From Cycas panzhihuaensis (Eukaryota > Plantae > Cycadophyta), in assembly GCA_023213395.1 (NCBI GenBank), contig CM041465.1:128595741-128659740 (forward strand): DNA of 64,000 nt. Direction: 5' to 3'. Each line of letters starts with the position of its first letter. Position 1 is the stretch's first letter. The notes below the pieces were generated by a model. That model ran no database searches. It had not been told where the DNA came from and was given only the letters and a program-made list of their open reading frames with translations. Of this stretch, positions 57,501 to 64,000 are shown in pieces. Position numbers and translations under genes: made by a program.

Positions 57501-60500
57501 TTTTGGGGTTATGTTTCTGGAAGGATACCTCAACCTGTACCTATTGAAAATGGTGTAATTGTTCATCTTGATGATTCTCTTGTTGTTGCTTGGGAAGCCA
57601 AAGATGAAATTGCTTTGGCATTCCTACATATGATTATTGATGTTCATGTAGATCAGAATATTGTGTGTGCAAAGACTTCCAAGGAAGCATGGGATATTTT
57701 GTCATCCTTGTATGAAAGGCGAGATGAAGCTCGCATATTGATGGTAAAAGCCAAATTGTATTTTGTAAAATTTGTCAAGCTTATGTTGGCTTTTCTTTTC
57801 TCCATTAAGGAGGTATGTAATGAATTGAATACATTAGGTAGTCCTGCTTCTAGATATGAGCTTATAACAACAATTGTTAAAGCTTTACCTAAGGACTGCA
57901 ATGGCTTTATTTCTTCCACTACACGAGATGGTTCACTCAAACGAATGTCTTTCAATGAACTTGAAAGCTTGTTGCTTCAAGAGGAGAAAATTTACATCAA
58001 GGACGATGATGATGAACCATCCACATCAGGGGCATTCACGGCCAAATCAAAGGCCAAATAGAATCCCAAACTTGCACTTTCAAAATAGTTTGGGAACATG
58101 AACATTGGTTCCTCAAAGACCAATGTTGTTTCTCATTATTGTGGCAAAGTTGGCCATGTAGCACTTGATTGTAGGAAGAAACAAACAGATCTTTAGCACA
58201 CACGACAACAACAGCAACAACAACGTCAGCAAAATCAGAGACAACAGAGACAACAATTCCAGCAACGTTCGCAATTCCAGTAGCAACGGTTTCAGTAACA
58301 ACAGCAGCAGCAACTCCCTCGACCAAATCGAGGTGCCTATCAAGGAGGTCAAAGAGGAAGGGGGGGTTTTAGAGGTGGCAATCAACGCCACTTCAATTAG
58401 TTTGCAGATGAGGACAAACTGTTTTGTGCTTATCATACATCGAATGTTGATCAAACTTGGATCATTGACTCTGAAGCTAATCAACACATGACTGGGAGTG
58501 AAGAACTCTTTTGCGACATCAAGGAAGGAAAAGGTCAATCAGTGACCTTCGGCAACAATGAATCTGTTAAAATTTATGGCATAGGCACAATCACTCCATT
58601 CCATTTTCTTTCCAATCCTTCCTTTACATTTCCCAATGGCAATGCCTATTTCATACCTTCCATGGAGAAGATCTTGCTCTCTGTTAGCAAATTGAACAAG
58701 CAACGTATGAGCATTTTGTTTAAGAATTGGAAATGTATAATAAGTGACAAAAATGACCAGGTAGTGGCTGTTGGATATGAGGATCATGGCCTCTACAAAT
58801 TGGATGTTAATAATATCATACTTGATTTTGCTTACTCTAGTTCCATTGTCACTCAATCTTTGTCCAAGATGCAACTTTGGCATCAACGTCTAGGCCATTT
58901 GAGCTTAAACAATGTCAAGCAGATGGTGAACAAAAACATGGTGCATGGGCTTCCAAAGATGTATGGCATAAAATGTCTTTGTGAAGCATGCATAATGGGG
59001 ACACAACATCGCTTGCCTTTCCCTAAAGGCAAAGCTTGGCATGCATCATATCCTTTGCAGTTAGTACCCTCAGATTTGTGTGGACCTATGTCCACCGCAT
59101 CCTTTGGAGGAGCTTTGTACTATATCTCCTTCATTGACGATTTCTCCCATAAAGTTTGGGTTTATTTCATCAAGCATAAGTCTGAAGCATTTCAAAAGTT
59201 TAAGGAATTCAAGCTTGAAGTGGAAAACGAGTCTGGCCAATCCATCAAAACACTAAGGACAGACAATGTAGGTGAATTTACTTCAAAGGAATTCACTCAA
59301 TTCTACAAGGATAATGGCATTCAGAGACAACTTACTATTCCTCACACTCCTCAACAAAATGGAGTCTCCAGAAGAATGAATAGAACTTTGGCTAACAAAG
59401 CCAAAGCAATGATGCATGCAAAGGGACTTACTTGAGCTTATTGGGCAGAGGCATTCCACACAGCTGCCTATGTGGCAAATTGAAGTCCAACAACAACAGC
59501 CGTTGACATCACACCAGAGGAGGCATGGTTTGGCAAAAAGCCAATTGTCAGCCATTTGAGGACTTTTGGGTGCACTGCTTATATGCACATCCCTGATCAA
59601 CAAAGAACTAAATTAGACAAGCATAGTCCAAGGTGCATCTTTGTAGGTTGTGCCATCCATAGCAAAGCCTACAAGTTGTATGATCCCATTGGAAAGAAAT
59701 TGCATCTCTTAAGAGATGTAATCTTTGCTGAAGAAGATCACAAGGAGTTGGATACAACATCCATCCAACCCCCCATTGACAAAGGCAAAAAGATTGTTGA
59801 GGCCTTCCTTCCCTCTCAATCTTCAACTCTATGTACATCATCTTCACTAGCTGGACCGTCCACATCATCAGCCTTAGCTCCACTTGATCCTAGCACATCT
59901 TTTGTTGATCAACCACTTAGACCAGAAGATCTTGAGGTTCAAGTCACATTAATCAAAAAGTTACTCAAATGTTATACTCAAACAGTGCAGGACGACCAGA
60001 TTGTTGAAGGAAAACGTCCATAAAGATACAGGCAACAAACCAATTTTGCACTTATGGTTGAAGTGCTATGTGTTGATGAGCCTTCCACTTTTGAGGAGGC
60101 TTCTAAAAATGAAAATTGGAAGGCTGCCATGGATGAAGAAATCCATTCTATTGAAAAGAATGGAATTTGGGATTTGGTCGAATTGCCAAAACACAAACTG
60201 GTAATCAACTGCAAATGGGTCTACAAGACCAAATTCCATTATGATGGTACACTTAAGTGTCAGAAGGCCCGCCTTGTTGCAAAAGGCTTTAAACAAAAGG
60301 AAGGCATAGATTATGAGGAGACTTTTGCACCAGTGGCTAACATGAATACCATCAGACTCATCTTGGCCTTAGCAGCTCAATACAAATGGCCGGTTTTTCA
60401 GATGGACGTAAAGAGCGCCTTTCTCAATGGCGATCTTCAAGAGGAGGTATACTTGGAGCAACCTCCTGGTTACAAGGTACAAGGCAAGGAGCATTTAGTT

Positions 60501-62165
60501 TGTCGCCTAGAAAAAGCATTGTATGGCTTGAAACAAGCTCTAAGAGCATGGTACTCAAAGATTGATGATTACTGTTTGAGACATGGATATCATCGATCTA
60601 CTTCAGATCCTAACTTGTACATTAAAGTTGGGAAAGACCATGCCATTTTCATTGTCTTGTATGTAGATGACTTAGTGATCACTGGTAATGACACTAAGAT
60701 GGTACAGATTCTCCAGGATGACTTGAAGAGGAGTTTTGAGATGGTAGATCTTGGACTTCTCCATTATTTCTTAGGCTTTGAGGTATGGCAACAGCCAGGC
60801 TATATCTTCATCTCCCAAGCCAAATATTCTTGGGACATCTTGCAGTGATTTAGGATGCATGACTGCAAGCCAACGCCTACACCCATGAAGAATGGCACAA
60901 AGCTTACTCTCAATGAGGAAGTTGAACCAACATATCCCACACTTTATCGGCAGTTGATTAGGAGTCTCATTTATCTCACCAACACTCGCCTTGACATCTC
61001 ATTTGCAGTTGGGATTTTCTCTAGATATATGTCTCAACTCAATCAGAAGCATTGGAATATAGCTAAACACATACTCAAATACATCAAAGGCACATTGCAA
61101 CATGGCCTTGAGTATGCACATGATGAGAACTTCACTCTAGAAGGGTTCTCAGATTCTGATTGGGCAAGTTGTCAGGATAGCAGGAGATCAACCTTGGGTT
61201 ACTAATTTACCCTTGGTTCAGCAGTTGTTTCGTGGAGTTACAAGAAGCGACCTAATGTTACCTTGCCCTCCACCGAAGTAGAGTACAAAGATGCAATCAG
61301 CGCAACTTGTGAAACTATCTGGCTATGATGGATTCTTGGGGAGCTTAGACTTGAGGAGGATCACCCCACTAGGATTTATTGCAACAATCAAAGTATGCTC
61401 AAGTTGGCCACGAATCCTGTCTTTTATGCAAGGACCAAACATATTGAGGTTCATCATCACTTCATCAGAGAGCATGTGCAAAGCGGTGAAATCAACCTTC
61501 AGTATAGACCAATAGAGCAACAGACAATAGATATCTTTACCAAGCCCTTGGTAGAAAAACAATTGTAAAATTTAGAGATGGTCTAGGGGTCCGACTTAAC
61601 ATTGTAAACAGTAAGGGGGAGGGTGTTAAACCTTATGTTTACATGTTAAGCCTATGTACTTTATTTTTCATGTAATATTTGTACTTTTGTACTTTAGGGG
61701 TGACTTATCACATAAGTGATAAAGTACACACCCACATTCTTTCCTAGTGACAGAACATTGTCACTAAAGGGTCAAATGGACCCCCATGCACTTTTGCTCA
61801 CTTGAGAGCCCAAAAGGACACATGTCCTACATACAAGGCATGTACCTTGAATGTTTGACACTTGTCAAACATCCAATGCCTTAGGTCTCTCCTTTCACTC
61901 TATATATTGAGACCTTCTCATTATTCTCATATAGAGTTGCAGTTGTATTGTTATGTTGCCAATTTGCTAATCAAACTGATATTCATTTGGAGATTGGACC
62001 AATTTCATCTCCTCCCATTTGGTATCATTTGCTCACACTTTTTGTGCTTTGATCTTGCTCATGTTAATCTTATTTTCATTGTTAGTCTAGATCTCTTGCT
62101 TTCTAGAACTAGAGAGAATCTATCTTCTAGATCTTAGGTTTCATAGGCCTTTGGCACTTTCAACA
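54511..62165 (+). mobile_element. Full-length Ty1/Copia element (copy B, same family as copy A)
   Basis: LTRs at 54511-55054 and 61624-62165 (about 22 substitutions and 1 indel by hand). PBS TGGTATCAGAGC at 55057-55068. PPT AAGGGGGAGGG. TSD CCGGG/CCAGG. Confidence 0.97.
57396..61610 (+). pseudogene. Copia gag-pol of copy B, interrupted
   Basis: ATG at 57396. HYCGKVGHVALDC, WIIDSEA (PR), LWHQRLGH..CEAC (INT zinc finger), LYGLKQA, LYVDDL and FSDSDWA. Confidence 0.93.
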
Positions 62166-64000
62166 CCAGGCAATATGGTGAACCATTTGTCAGTAACAAT
62201 AGAGGATGTATCTCATAGGGTAGATACCATGAATGATAACATAGCATACATAAGAAGTGATATGAAGAATCTTAGAGAAATAATCAATGAAGCCATGCAA
62301 GGATTCTTTAAAAGAGAAGAGGACCTTAAGGACGAGGCATGGATGTACCGTAAAGGGGGAGAAAACTATAGAAAAAGGGATCAAGAAGAATGGCAAGATA
62401 GGCCAAGCCAAGGGCTCAAGGGTATCAAATTCCTTTTAGAGAAATTTGACCTAGAGAAGTCAAGGGACATTTGTAGTTGGATAATCCAAATGGAGATCTA
62501 TTTTCAGGAAAACACTTTATCAACAAAACACAAAATCCTGGTGGCATCCCTTCACTTATATGGGAAAGCCCTTAAGTGGTTCCATTGGTGGATTAGGATC
62601 TATGAGGGGATAGAATACTACAATTGAATTTTCTTGAAAACAGGCCTCATAAAACAAAATGAAGACATGTGGAACATAGACTATTTCGCCCAAGTTATGT
62701 GTCTACAACAAAATGGATTAGTATAGGCCTATACGGGGCAATTTCAAACTTTACATAGCCTCATCAACAAGAAAATTGAGGATGAACTTCTCATACAATC
62801 ATAAATAGTAGGACTCCAGGGAAACATTAAATTTTGCCTAAAGACAATGGGAGTAGTGACCTTAAGTGACGCAATCTGCCATGCAAAGAATATAGAAGTC
62901 AAATATTGAGCAGTAAGATAGAGCTATGTCCGCTACAATGAAACCCCTAGATATCAGAACCAAAATTTCTAGCCCAACTAGAATCGCCCAGGGACAAAAG
63001 TTGAGTCTCCACTTATAGAAGAGAGGGAAGAAGGGACAACAAGGAGTAAGCTTTCCAAAGCCAAGCATCTTAATAGAGGAACTTGCTTCAATTGTAGAGG
63101 GAAATGGAAACGAGACCACAAGTGTCTTGCAAAGAGGTATTCATGATCAACAACGAAGATATGGACATTCTAGACGAATTCAAAGAAGGGCCAAAAGCCA
63201 AAAATGATGAAGCAAAGATCGAAGAATTACTTAACATAGACAGTGAAAATGTGCAAATATCATTGCAAGCAATTACAGGCAAAGTTAACAACTCTCAAAT
63301 GTTATGCTTCTAAGGAATAATGAAAAATGCAAAAATATTGATCCTAATAGTCAGCAGGAGCACCCATAGCTTCATCAATAAGCCAATGGTAGAAAATCTG
63401 GATCTACCAATTCAACCCCTCAACATTTTCCAAGTTGCTAATGGGAAGACTATGCCATGTGGAGGATATTGCCAAAAAGTATATTTGCAAATAACAGATT
63501 ATTCCACCACTACATGCATGTTTGCCATGCCCATCGAAGGAGTTGATGTGGTCCTAGGAATTCAATGGCTATGAAATCTAGGGAATATTGTTACCAACTA
63601 TAAGACTCGTTTCATGTGTTTTTCTCAAAAGGGGGGCAAATACAAATTGTAGGCTCCATCAACACCACCAACTCAATTGGTGACATCGCACTATATGGAG
63701 AAACTGTTGAGGGAAAACCCCAGTTCATACATGATGACATACTACAAGATCATGATAGAGGATGTCCCAACAGAAGCGCAGACCCTCATTGACCAATACA
63801 ACAAAGTCTTTGAGGAACCACACCCCAAGAGTTACCCCAAGGTGGGGATGCGAAGATCACATCAAGTTAGCATTGGGAGCATCACCGGTAAACATCTGAC
63901 CATATCGACATCTATATCACTTCAAAAAGAGATCGAATGGATCACACAAGAGCTTTTGCAACAAGGGTATATTACTCCTAGCTCTAGGCCTTTTGCATCA

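Larger units (their letters stand above)
54231..64000 (+). mobile_element. 5' part of a degenerate chromovirus-type Ty3 (LTR end, PBS, leader split by Copia B, gag, PR), continuing past the window
   Basis: PBS TGGTATCAAAACC near 54362. Gag WIIQMEIYF..ASLHLYGKALKWF (62151-62627). PR ILIVSRSTHSFI and DVVLGIQWL. The LTR start at 54231 is a guess. Confidence 0.75.

Noticed and set aside
61862-62137. Repeated hydrophobic ORF (also 54826-55026) as env-like
   Set aside because: Lies within the Copia LTRs and reflects T-rich composition.

Overview
AT-rich plant nuclear DNA, probably from a large-genome gymnosperm (inferred from the TE families and intron size). The only host gene is the 5' part of a + strand, probably chloroplast-targeted TPR-like protein gene (similar to Arabidopsis AT3G05625, recognised from memory). 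Its four exons lie at 8336-9607. The fourth intron appears to open with a non-canonical GC donor and is still open at the window end (>54 kb). That intron is almost entirely nested retroelements: a Ty3 gag remnant, a minus-strand Athila-like Ty3, a plus-strand Athila-like Ty3, three chromovirus-type Ty3 elements, two full-length Ty1/Copia copies of one family in opposite orientations, and a full-length L1 LINE with a perfect 16-bp TSD. Upstream of the gene are the 3' end of a chromovirus, a miniature LTR element (TRIM) and a probable solo LTR. The most unusual observations are: (1) the TRIM's LTR-PBS junction mimics a whole tRNA gene with Pol III A/B boxes; (2) both Athila-like elements have a second capsid-like domain between protease and RT; (3) one has a duplicated accessory ORF flanking an extra zinc-knuckle/protease module downstream of integrase; (4) the Copia leader carries a conserved structured palindromic element. 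All alignments and mismatch counts were done by eye and are approximate.
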